Below are positions 32,554-40,590 of a stretch of 52,011 nt of DNA, piece by piece (positions within the stretch are counted from its first letter, which is position 1; each line of letters starts with the position of its first letter). The position numbers were made by a program, and so were the translations under genes. The notes under the pieces are model-generated. The model was not told where the DNA came from. It made no database searches and saw nothing but the letters and a program-made list of their open reading frames with translations. The stretch is taken from the NCBI GenBank assembly GCA_964638185.1, contig CAZXAS010000001.1, positions 1-52,011 of the forward strand. Direction: 5' to 3'. Origin of the DNA: an uncultured Steroidobacteraceae bacterium (lineage in GTDB: Bacteria; Pseudomonadota; Gammaproteobacteria; Steroidobacterales; Steroidobacteraceae).

Positions 32554-35500
32554 GTGGCGTTCCTGCACAAGACGGATCCGGTCGCGATCTCGGCGAACCC
32601 GGCGACGATCACGTCGTCGGCGTCGATTCCGGCCGGGTCGCTCATCATCCTCGACCTGACGGAGTACTACGGCGGAAGCGCGCCGCAGGCGGTAGCGTCG
32701 GTCGTCGATGACGTCAACACCGGCGCCTACTCCATCGCGATCTCGGAGGGCGCTTCCGGCTTGGTCGTCTCCGCGATCTTCTACAAGATCGCTGACGCCA
32801 CCGGCACGCCGACCGTCACCGTCACGTTCAGCGGCGCCGGCACGCCGCCTGGCACGCTGTCGCTGCGCGTGTTCGACGGCGAGCACACGGTGCTTGGCCC
32901 GACCAGCTCGGGCTATTCGGCGAGCACCACGACGCCGGCACCGGGCGCCGTCAACCCGAGCGGAAGCGCGCTCTACCTCGCGCTGTACTGTCCGCACTTC
33001 GTCTACGTCACGCTGACGAACACAGCGGGGTGGACCCAGCGCGCGGTGCGCACCGCAATCGACGGCTCAGGTCCGATCGAGCACTACTCGATCGACACGG
33101 TCACCACCGGATCGCAGAACCCGGTCGTGACGCTGGGCGCGGCGTCGGAGGTGTCGTGTGTCGTGGCGACGTTCGAGCTGACGACGGAGCCGCCGCAGAA
33201 GGCGCGCCCCAACGCCGACGTGAGCGCCGGCGCGTGGGTGCCCAGCACCGGCAGCGACAACTACGCGGTGATCGACGAGACGCCGGCGAGCGATGCCGAC
33301 TACACGTCGACCCCGAACAACAGCACACTGCGCGTCGGCCTGGCGCCACTGAGCACGCCGGGCGCAGGCACGCAGACGTTCCGGTTCCGAGCTGCGGGCT
33401 CGCCGGCGAAGCAGCTGATCGTGTCGCTCCTCGAAGCGGCCGGAACGCTGCGCGGCACGCTGACAGTCGACCCGCTACCTGCTGCGTTCACGGACTACTC
33501 GTTCGCGCCGAGCGGTGTTGCTGACTATGCCGATCTTGACGCCTCGTTCGAGGTGCAGGATGCCAGTTCGCCGCCGGAGCCGACCGTGGCGTTCGGCGCG
33601 ATCGGCACCACCGGCAGCACGACGGCAACGACCAGCGTCACGGCTGCCTATCCGACTGGCATCACGACGGAGAGCGCGCTCTACCTCGTCGTCACCGGCC
33701 GCAGCAACACGGCCGGCACCGAGTTCGCGGTCACCGGCGGCGGCTGGACGATCGTCGGCACGTTCGAGGGCGGCACCGGAACGTGGGGCGTCGATGCCGG
33801 CACGCGGCGCGTGACGGTGTTCCGCAAGGATTCGGTCAGCGGAAGCGAGAGCGGCAACGTCACGGTGACGCTGGCCGGCACCACGGCAAACACGCTCTAC
33901 GCGCGGATCGTGCGCGTGCAGCCGCCAACCGGCTACACGATCAGCGAGGCGTTCGCCAGCGGTGCCGACACCAGCGCCGGGACTAGTTTCTCGGCTACTG
34001 CGAGCAGCTCGCTCAGCTGGCAGGCCGGCGACCTGCTGCTGATCGCGGTGGCATCGTCCACCGATACGGCCACGCAGAGCGCGCAGTCGATCACCGCCAG
34101 CGGAGTCACGTTCGGCACACGGACGAACCGCGCGTCGATCGCGGTGACCGGCGGCAACGATCACCGGCACATCGTCGACACGGTTCCTGTCACCGCCGGC
34201 AGCGGCTCCAGCGCGCCGACGTACAGCTACACCGCGAGTGCCAGCACAAGCGGGCCGGTAGGTTTCCTGCGTCTCCGGGCGGTACCGCCTGCCACGGCCG
34301 GCATGGTGTCGTTCTCTGAGTTGGAAGTGCCGGCTGCTGCCGGAGGCGGCCCGACGATCATCTCCGTCGACGGCGTTGCGGCAGGCTCAGCGCAGGCCGC
34401 AGCTGCTGCCGGCGCCGAGGCGAGCGCCGCCGGCGTGTCGCAGGCCGTAGCGCAGGCTGCCGGCGCGCTGTCGGCGGTTGCATCGGTCAGCGCCGAGGCC
34501 GGCGCTCCGGGGCAGGCACAGGGCGGCGCACTGGCGCTGGCGGCGCGCGATGCGTCTGCCGGCTCGGCCGGCCAGGCCGCGGCCCCGGCGCTCGCTGCTG
34601 TCGGCGCTTCCGGGGCCTCCGACGCCGCATCGCAGGCAGCCGGCGCTCCGGTCGCGCTGGCACTTGCCGATGGCGCGGCGGATGCGCCCGAGCAGGCGGC
34701 GGCCGCACACGTTGCCCTCGCGCTGGCGCAGGCTGCGGCGCAGGCTTCCGAGCCTGCCGCTGCCCCGGCGAGCGCCACGGCCGCCGCTGCAGGCGCTGCC
34801 GATGCGCCGGAGCAAGCCGGAGCCGGCGCGGCCGCGGTCACCGCCCGGTCGGCTGAATCCGCGGCATCCGAGCAGGCCGCAGCCGCTGCGCTTGCCCTGG
34901 CGGCGCGGGATGCCACCGCCGAAGCGCCGGTACAGGCCGCCGCGACGCAATCCGCCATCGCGGCAGCCGCTGGTGCAGCCGACGCGCCCGAGCCCGCCGC
35001 AGGCGCGGCTGCAGCCACCGCCGCGGCGCAGGGCGTCTCCGCCGTGCCGCAGCAGGCGGACGGCAACACCGGCGCCACCCTGTTCGTCGGCGTCGATGCG
35101 CTGTCCTACGCTGGCGGGCCGGCATCGGCTCCGGTCGCCGCGCAGGTCGCCGTCGCGGCGGCAGCCGACGCTGCCAGCCAGGCCGCCGGTGCACCGGGCG
35201 CGGTGCACAGTGTCACGGCCGTGTCGCAGGCCGGCGAGCAGGCAGCGGTCGACACTGGCGCGCGCACGGTGCTGGCGGTCGACGGCTCGGCCGGTGCGGC
35301 TGGCCAGGCGGCCGGCGCTGCCGCCGCGGTGGCCTCCGTCGCAGCGGCGGCCGACGCTCCCGAACAAGCGGCCGGCGCCGCGCTGGCTCTGCACGCGGCC
35401 GATGCAGTCGCGCAGGCGCCGCAGCAGGCTAGCGCCGAGCCGATCAGCGGCAGCATCGTCGCCGTCGACGGCATCGCCGGCTCGAGCGCGCCGGCCGCCG

Positions 35501-35994
35501 CGCCGGTGCTCGCCATCGCGGCCGCATCGGCTCAGGTGTCGACGCCGGCACAGGCTGCCGCCGCCGCGAGCGCCACGGCTGCCGTCAGCGCCGAATCTCA
35601 GGCCGCCGGCCAGGCCAGCGCCGATGCCGCCGGCCGCGCGACCGTGGCTGTCGACGCCATCGCCAGCGCGCCGCAGCAGGCCGCCGCGCCGCAGGGCGAG
35701 GAAGCCGAACCGCCGACCGTGCCGCAGCCCGGCGGCGGTGGCCGGCTGGTGACGCCCAGCTTCAAGCTGCAGAAGCGCACGAAGCGCCGCGTCGTGGCCG
35801 TCGACGGCGTGAGCTCCGCGACCGCGCAGGCGGCCGCATCGGTGCAGGCCCTGATCGCGGTGGCCGCGGCTGCCGCCTCCGCCGCACAGCACGGCACGGC
35901 GGCGCTGCCGCTCGGCTCGATGGTCGCCGACAAGTGGCTGGCCGCGCGCATGGAAGAACTCGAATTCGAGCGCAACGTGCTCGCCAACCTATAG
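32554..35994 (+). CDS. Giant 1146-aa protein: beta-rich N-terminal modules plus a ~470-aa Ala/Gln-rich periodic tract
   Basis: GTG start with GAAGG 8 nt upstream. Uninterrupted frame through the repeat region. Repeated module motifs SLIILDL, ALYLALY, ALYLVVTG, DLLLIAVA. Confidence 0.75.
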   Translation: MAFLHKTDPVAISANPATITSSASIPAGSLIILDLTEYYGGSAPQAVASVVDDVNTGAYSIAISEGASGLVVSAIFYKIADATGTPTVTVTFSGAGTPPGTLSLRVFDGEHTVLGPTSSGYSASTTTPAPGAVNPSGSALYLALYCPHFVYVTLTNTAGWTQRAVRTAIDGSGPIEHYSIDTVTTGSQNPVVTLGAASEVSCVVATFELTTEPPQKARPNADVSAGAWVPSTGSDNYAVIDETPASDADYTSTPNNSTLRVGLAPLSTPGAGTQTFRFRAAGSPAKQLIVSLLEAAGTLRGTLTVDPLPAAFTDYSFAPSGVADYADLDASFEVQDASSPPEPTVAFGAIGTTGSTTATTSVTAAYPTGITTESALYLVVTGRSNTAGTEFAVTGGGWTIVGTFEGGTGTWGVDAGTRRVTVFRKDSVSGSESGNVTVTLAGTTANTLYARIVRVQPPTGYTISEAFASGADTSAGTSFSATASSSLSWQAGDLLLIAVASSTDTATQSAQSITASGVTFGTRTNRASIAVTGGNDHRHIVDTVPVTAGSGSSAPTYSYTASASTSGPVGFLRLRAVPPATAGMVSFSELEVPAAAGGGPTIISVDGVAAGSAQAAAAAGAEASAAGVSQAVAQAAGALSAVASVSAEAGAPGQAQGGALALAARDASAGSAGQAAAPALAAVGASGASDAASQAAGAPVALALADGAADAPEQAAAAHVALALAQAAAQASEPAAAPASATAAAAGAADAPEQAGAGAAAVTARSAESAASEQAAAAALALAARDATAEAPVQAAATQSAIAAAAGAADAPEPAAGAAAATAAAQGVSAVPQQADGNTGATLFVGVDALSYAGGPASAPVAAQVAVAAAADAASQAAGAPGAVHSVTAVSQAGEQAAVDTGARTVLAVDGSAGAAGQAAGAAAAVASVAAAADAPEQAAGAALALHAADAVAQAPQQASAEPISGSIVAVDGIAGSSAPAAAPVLAIAAASAQVSTPAQAAAAASATAAVSAESQAAGQASADAAGRATVAVDAIASAPQQAAAPQGEEAEPPTVPQPGGGGRLVTPSFKLQKRTKRRVVAVDGVSSATAQAAASVQALIAVAAAAASAAQHGTAALPLGSMVADKWLAARMEELEFERNVLANL
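34330..35740 (+). repeat. Degenerate in-frame tandem repeats (about 60-nt / 20-aa period, clearest at 34470-35045) inside the giant gene
   Basis: AADAPEQAA-type units at aa 708, 748, 808 and 933. LALAARDA(S/T)A at aa 660 and 780. Five (V/S)-x-VDG anchor segments. Confidence 0.7.
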
Positions 35995-36005
35995 AGGACA
36001 CACGC

Positions 36006-37511
36006 ATGAGCAGCGTCACGGTTTCCATCAAGAGCCCCGCCACCGAGCGGGGCTCGTCGCTTCTGGACCCGCAAGTCTTCGGCGGGCCGATGCGTCTGGC
36101 CGATCTCGTCGAGGGCTACTGGGCCATCACGGACCCGATGTATGACGAGATCCGCGCGATCTACGACGCGCACATGCGCGGCGAGAAGATCGACATCAAG
36201 GGCGTGGAGGCGCGCATCGGCCGGCCGCTGGCGAACGAGCGCCGCAGCTACAGCGTGCACGACGGCGTGGCGCTGATCGGCATGTCGGGCGTGATCGGCC
36301 CGAAGGCCAACCTCTTCATGGACATCAGCGGCGGCACGTCAGCGCAGCAGCTGCGCGCCGAGATCCTCGCCGCGCTCGATGACCCGAAAGTCGAGTCCGC
36401 GATCCTCTACGCCGACAGCCCGGGCGGGAACGTGCTGGGCATCGCCGAGGGCGCGGCAGCGTGGCGCGCGTTCGCCGAGCAGAAGCCGGCCGTGACCTTC
36501 AGCGACGGCACGCTCGCCAGCGCGGCCTACTGGTGGGGCTCGGCGGCATCGAAGGTGCTCATCAGCGGGCCGATGGTCAACGTCGGCAGCATCGGCGTGC
36601 GCACCGAGCACATCGACACCTCGATGGCCGACGCGGCGCGCGGCGTCAAACGCACGATCATCAAGGCCGGCGCGTACAAGGCTGCCGGTGACGGCCCGCT
36701 CGACCCGAAGACCCTGGAGTACCGCCAGGCGCAGGTCGACTACCTCTACAGCCTGTTCGTCGACACGGTGGCCGCGCATCGCGGCGTCGATGTCGAGACG
36801 GTGCTGAAGGAGATGGCTGACGGCCGCGTCTTCATCGGGCAGCAGGCGATCGACGCCGGCCTGGTCGACGGCTTCGCCAGCCTCGAAACCCTTCTCGAAC
36901 AGATGGCGCGCGACCCTCGCACGGTCGCGCCGCTGCGAACCCAGGCCGACGCTCCGAAGGCTCCGCGCAAGCGGATGACCAGCGCGAGCGCCGACCTGCT
37001 CCCCGCGTCCGCTGCAGCCGGTGCTGCCGCGGCGGGCGCGACCTCCCCGGAAGACGAGCCGGTGCCGCACGTCGACCACTCCACCACCACGAAGGAGAAC
37101 TCCATGCCGGAGAACCTCACGCGCGAGGCGCTGGAGCGCGACCACGCGGCCCTGTACGGGCAGATCCGCTCCGAGGCGCTGGCCGAAGGTGCGACGCAGG
37201 AACACGCGCGCATCCAGGCCGTCCGCGCACAGGCCCTGCCGGGCCACGATGCCTTGATCGAAACCCTCGCCTTCGACGGCAAGACGACCGGCCCCGAGGC
37301 CGCCGCTGCCGTGCTGGCCGCCGAGCGCGCTGTCATCCAGGCGCGCACGCAGGCCCACGCGAACGATGCCCCGAAAGCCGCGCCGAGCGGCCACGAAGGC
37401 TCGCACGCCGAAGACGCCAGCGAGAAGCCGGGCAACAAGCCGGGCGTCGTCAAGGCCGTCATCAACAGCGCGAAGGCCTACGCCCGGCTGAACGGCCGCG
37501 CGGACGCCTGA
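36006..37511 (+). CDS. Prohead protease, S49/SppA family (lambda gpC-like), with a C-terminal scaffold domain (501 aa)
   Basis: YADSPGGNV and LASAAYWWGSAASKV are S49 motifs. It lies upstream of the gpD and gpE homologues. Confidence 0.9.
   Translation: MSSVTVSIKSPATERGSSLLDPQVFGGPMRLADLVEGYWAITDPMYDEIRAIYDAHMRGEKIDIKGVEARIGRPLANERRSYSVHDGVALIGMSGVIGPKANLFMDISGGTSAQQLRAEILAALDDPKVESAILYADSPGGNVLGIAEGAAAWRAFAEQKPAVTFSDGTLASAAYWWGSAASKVLISGPMVNVGSIGVRTEHIDTSMADAARGVKRTIIKAGAYKAAGDGPLDPKTLEYRQAQVDYLYSLFVDTVAAHRGVDVETVLKEMADGRVFIGQQAIDAGLVDGFASLETLLEQMARDPRTVAPLRTQADAPKAPRKRMTSASADLLPASAAAGAAAAGATSPEDEPVPHVDHSTTTKENSMPENLTREALERDHAALYGQIRSEALAEGATQEHARIQAVRAQALPGHDALIETLAFDGKTTGPEAAAAVLAAERAVIQARTQAHANDAPKAAPSGHEGSHAEDASEKPGNKPGVVKAVINSAKAYARLNGRADA
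37104..37511 (+). CDS. Nested in-frame scaffold protein (Nu3-like) candidate (135 aa)
   Basis: The internal ATG at 37104 is preceded by a strong RBS, GAAGGAGAA, inside the protease frame. This is analogous to lambda C/Nu3. Confidence 0.5.
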   Translation: MPENLTREALERDHAALYGQIRSEALAEGATQEHARIQAVRAQALPGHDALIETLAFDGKTTGPEAAAAVLAAERAVIQARTQAHANDAPKAAPSGHEGSHAEDASEKPGNKPGVVKAVINSAKAYARLNGRADA

Positions 37512-37536
37512 TCCATCACTTCAAGGAGAACCCCAC

Positions 37537-37905
37537 ATGGTTGCGAAGACCGACCACCTCGGCGCCGGCGCTTTCATCAAGAGCGAAGCGAACGGCGACC
37601 TCTCGCGCGAGACCGTCACCATCGTCAGCGGCAGCGGCAAGCTGATCGCCGGCACGGTGCTGGGCCAGATCACTGTCGGCGGCAAGTACAAGCCCTACGA
37701 CAACAACAACAGCGACGGCTCCGAGACCGCGAAGGCGATCCTGGTGTACGACGTCGACGCCACCTCGGAGGACGTCGCCGCGGTTGTGATCGTGCGCCTG
37801 GCCGAAGTCTGGACGAACCGCCTGCAATGGGCGGCGTCGGTGCTCGTCGGCGAGAAGGCCCCGGCCTACGTCGAACTGGCCACCACGAACGTCATCGTCC
37901 GCTGA
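37537..37905 (+). CDS. Head decoration protein, lambda gpD-like (122 aa)
   Basis: Size and position between the protease and the major capsid protein. AKAILVYDVDATSEDVAAVVIVRLAEV is typical. Confidence 0.8.
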   Translation: MVAKTDHLGAGAFIKSEANGDLSRETVTIVSGSGKLIAGTVLGQITVGGKYKPYDNNNSDGSETAKAILVYDVDATSEDVAAVVIVRLAEVWTNRLQWAASVLVGEKAPAYVELATTNVIVR

Positions 37906-37941
37906 TCGCGCGGCCCCCAACACAGCAGAAGGAACAGAACC

Positions 37942-38925
37942 ATGATGCTCAACGACGACGGCTTCCAGCTGGAAGTCCTGACCGCGGCGATCAACGAGAT
38001 TCCGCACCTCCCCTCCATGCTCGGTGACGATGGCCTCTTCGAATACGCCGGAGTGGCTTCGAAGTCCATCCGCGTCGAGAAGCAGGGCACCGTGCTGGCG
38101 CTGGTCGCCTCGAAGCCGCGCGGTTCCGCCGGCAGCGAAATCGGCCGTACCGCCCGCACGTTGCGCCCGTTCGATCTGGTGCACCTGCCTCTGGAGGATC
38201 GCATCCTCGCCGACGAAGTGCAGGGTGTTCGCCAGTTCGGCACTGACGGAACGCTCACTCCGCTGCAGGCGCGTATCAACGAAGTTCTGCAACTCGCGAT
38301 GCGCCGAATCGACCTGACGCTGGAATACCACCGCGTCGGGTGCCTGAAGGGTCAGGTGATCGACGCGGACGGAACCACCGTGCTGCACGACATGTTCACC
38401 GAGTTCGGTGTGGCGCAAAACGTCATCGACTTCGAACTCGACTCGGCCACGACGCTGGTGCGCACGAAGTGCGCCACTGCGCTCGATGCGATCGAGGACG
38501 AACTCGGCGGCGTTCCTTACACCGACGTGGTTGCCTACTGCGGTCGCACCTACTGGACTTCGCTGATCGAGCACAAGTCCGTCAAGGAGACCTACCTGAA
38601 TCAGGTGCAGGCTGCTCAACTGCGTGGCAACCCGACCGAAACGCTGGACTTCGGCGGCATCCGCTGGAAGAAGTACCGCGGCGCGGCAAACGGCTCGCAG
38701 ATGATCGGCGCGAACGATGCCTACATCGTGCCGCGCGGCGTGCCCGGCCTGCTGCTCGGCCGGTTCGGTCCCGGCGACTACAACGATACCGTCAACACGG
38801 TCGGCCACCCGGTCTATGCGCAAGGCATTCCGATGCGCAACAACAAGGGCTGGGATGTCGAGGTGCAGTCCAACGTGATTCACCTCAGCACCCGCCCGCG
38901 CGCGATCATCAAGGCAACGGTCTAA
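37942..38925 (+). CDS. Major capsid protein, lambda gpE family (327 aa)
   Basis: Size, position and N-terminus LEVLTAAINEIPHLPSMLGDDGLF, typical of the gpE family. Confidence 0.9.
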   Translation: MMLNDDGFQLEVLTAAINEIPHLPSMLGDDGLFEYAGVASKSIRVEKQGTVLALVASKPRGSAGSEIGRTARTLRPFDLVHLPLEDRILADEVQGVRQFGTDGTLTPLQARINEVLQLAMRRIDLTLEYHRVGCLKGQVIDADGTTVLHDMFTEFGVAQNVIDFELDSATTLVRTKCATALDAIEDELGGVPYTDVVAYCGRTYWTSLIEHKSVKETYLNQVQAAQLRGNPTETLDFGGIRWKKYRGAANGSQMIGANDAYIVPRGVPGLLLGRFGPGDYNDTVNTVGHPVYAQGIPMRNNKGWDVEVQSNVIHLSTRPRAIIKATV

Positions 38926-38943
38926 CCAGGCGAAGCGGCGGAC

Positions 38944-39267
38944 ATGGCAGTCGAAACCGACCTCAGCGACTTCTTCGACGCGGACGACTTCGCGATCGAG
39001 GTGACGCGGGTGCGCGCGAGCGTGCCCGACGTGACCTTCCTCGCGATCATCGGCCTCAACGACGAGGACGCGCTGACCGGCCGGGCGACCGCCGCGGCTC
39101 GCCGCCTCCACTGGCCAACCGGACCTGACGTGCGGGAAGACGACACGATCAACGTCGCGGTGACGGGCCCGATGGCCGCCTTCAACGGCAGCTACCGGGT
39201 CCGGGAGCCGAGGCGCGTCAACGACGGCGCCGAGAGCGCCTGCTTTCTCACGGTGCGCCCAGCATGA
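38944..39267 (+). CDS. Head completion / head-tail connector candidate (107 aa)
   Basis: Lies immediately after the capsid gene. Assigned by synteny. Confidence 0.6.
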   Translation: MAVETDLSDFFDADDFAIEVTRVRASVPDVTFLAIIGLNDEDALTGRATAAARRLHWPTGPDVREDDTINVAVTGPMAAFNGSYRVREPRRVNDGAESACFLTVRPA

Positions 39268-39719
39268 GCCAGAGCATCCCCTTCCAACTGTCGGCCGCGG
39301 TGGTATCCGCGCTGACGACCCAGATGGGGCCCGGTGGGGTCGCCGTCGTCGACAACCCGAGCACGCCGGCGTCGCTGGAAAGCGGCGAGCGGGTCGTGTT
39401 CGTGGAGGACAGCGACGACGACCTCTTCAACAAGCCGGGGCAGGCCGAGGGCCGCACCTTCGCCTTCGTCGTCGGAGTCATCAACCGGAGCGCCGGTGCG
39501 CGCGCCGGGGCAGACGCCGACATGGAGGCGGCGAAGGCAGTCGTCACGAAGGCCGGGCGCGATGCGTGCCTGGCGCTCCAGACCGCGAAAACGATCGTCG
39601 GCTTTCAGTACCCGCGCGAGGGCCAGCGCACCTACCGCCACGAGCGAATAGATGTCGACGGCGCGCTGATCCTGACCCGCTTCTCCATCGACTACCGCCT
39701 GCCCAAGCCGGCGGCTTGA
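39264..39719 (+). CDS. Tail completion / head-tail joining candidate (151 aa)
   Basis: ATGA-coupled to the upstream gene and precedes the tail tube gene. Assigned by synteny. Confidence 0.6.
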   Translation: MSQSIPFQLSAAVVSALTTQMGPGGVAVVDNPSTPASLESGERVVFVEDSDDDLFNKPGQAEGRTFAFVVGVINRSAGARAGADADMEAAKAVVTKAGRDACLALQTAKTIVGFQYPREGQRTYRHERIDVDGALILTRFSIDYRLPKPAA

Positions 39720-39744
39720 ATCAACATCCAAAGGAGCCACAGAA

Positions 39745-40497
39745 ATGGCACTCTCGACTGCACAAGGCTTCATCGGCGGCGGCGATCTCTACGCCGCGCT
39801 GATCGACTCCGCCGGCAACATCGGCGCCTACATCGACTTCGGCAACGTCACCAAGCTCGGCATCCAGCCGGCTTCGGAGATCAAGGAGCAGAAGTCGAAG
39901 AAGCGCGACAGCTACGGCCAGGTGCTGGAGACCGTCGCGCTGCAAGACACGGCGCAACTGTCGGCGACCCTGGAAACCGTCAACCGCATCGGCCTGCGCT
40001 ACGCCTTCATGGGCGAAGATGCGGCCTACACGCAGGCCTCGGGCTCCGTGGTCGACGAGGCGACGGTCGCTCGCCTCGATGGCTGGGTGCGGCTGGCCGG
40101 CGAAGAAGTCAGCGCGGTGACGCTGGAAAACACCGCCGGCACGACGACCTACGTGCTGGGCACCGACTACATCCTGAACACCCGGCTCGGGATGTACAAG
40201 GCGCTCGTCGGCGGTGCGATCACCGAGGGCCAGGCGATCAACGTCAGCTACACGCGCGCGGCCTTCACCGGCGCGGCCATCCGCGGCAACGTGAAGCCGC
40301 AGATCCGCGCCCGCCTGCTGCTGGACGGCAAGAACCTGGTCGACGACAGCATCGGCATCCTCGACGTGTGGGAAGTGGTGCTGAGCACGTCGAGCGAGTT
40401 CGACTGGTTCAGCGACGACTGGAACACCGTCGAGCTGCAGGGCCGCCTGAAGACCCCGACCGGCAAGACCGAGCCGTTCGTCTTCAAGGCGCGCTGA
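39745..40497 (+). CDS. Major tail (tube) protein candidate (250 aa)
   Basis: Strong RBS AAAGGAG. Followed by a hairpin and then the tape measure gene. Confidence 0.75.
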   Translation: MALSTAQGFIGGGDLYAALIDSAGNIGAYIDFGNVTKLGIQPASEIKEQKSKKRDSYGQVLETVALQDTAQLSATLETVNRIGLRYAFMGEDAAYTQASGSVVDEATVARLDGWVRLAGEEVSAVTLENTAGTTTYVLGTDYILNTRLGMYKALVGGAITEGQAINVSYTRAAFTGAAIRGNVKPQIRARLLLDGKNLVDDSIGILDVWEVVLSTSSEFDWFSDDWNTVELQGRLKTPTGKTEPFVFKAR

Positions 40498-40528
40498 CGC
40501 GCTGATCGCCGAGAGGTGATCGAAACCC

Positions 40529-40557
40529 GCGGGCCGGTGCCACAAGCGCCGGCCCGC
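40529..40557 (+). terminator. Hairpin after the tail tube gene (partial terminator or attenuator candidate)
   Basis: GCGGGCCGG (40529-40537) pairs with CCGGCCCGC (40549-40557), followed by TCCCATTTCAG. Confidence 0.45.
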
Positions 40558-40590
40558 TCCCATTTCAGACGCTGACCGAGACCGCGCGGC

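Noticed and set aside
28479-32997. 779-aa and 757-aa minus-strand ORFs and a 560-aa plus-strand ORF over the portal and insertion genes
   Set aside because: Their translations are dominated by Arg/Ala/Gly/Asp runs. The chosen frames have protein-like composition, RBSs and coupled junctions.
34227-35892. Several 280-500-aa ORFs in other frames and on the other strand of the Ala-rich repeat, plus the question of a CRISPR array or non-coding satellite
   Set aside because: GCN-rich repeats stay open in many frames. There is no repeat-spacer structure with constant repeats and no cas genes. The frame continuous with the 1146-aa protein is the only one linked to flanking non-repetitive coding sequence.
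32554-35994. Diversity-generating retroelement or other targeted hypervariation acting on the giant gene
   Set aside because: No reverse transcriptase gene and no template-repeat copy of any segment was seen elsewhere in the window.
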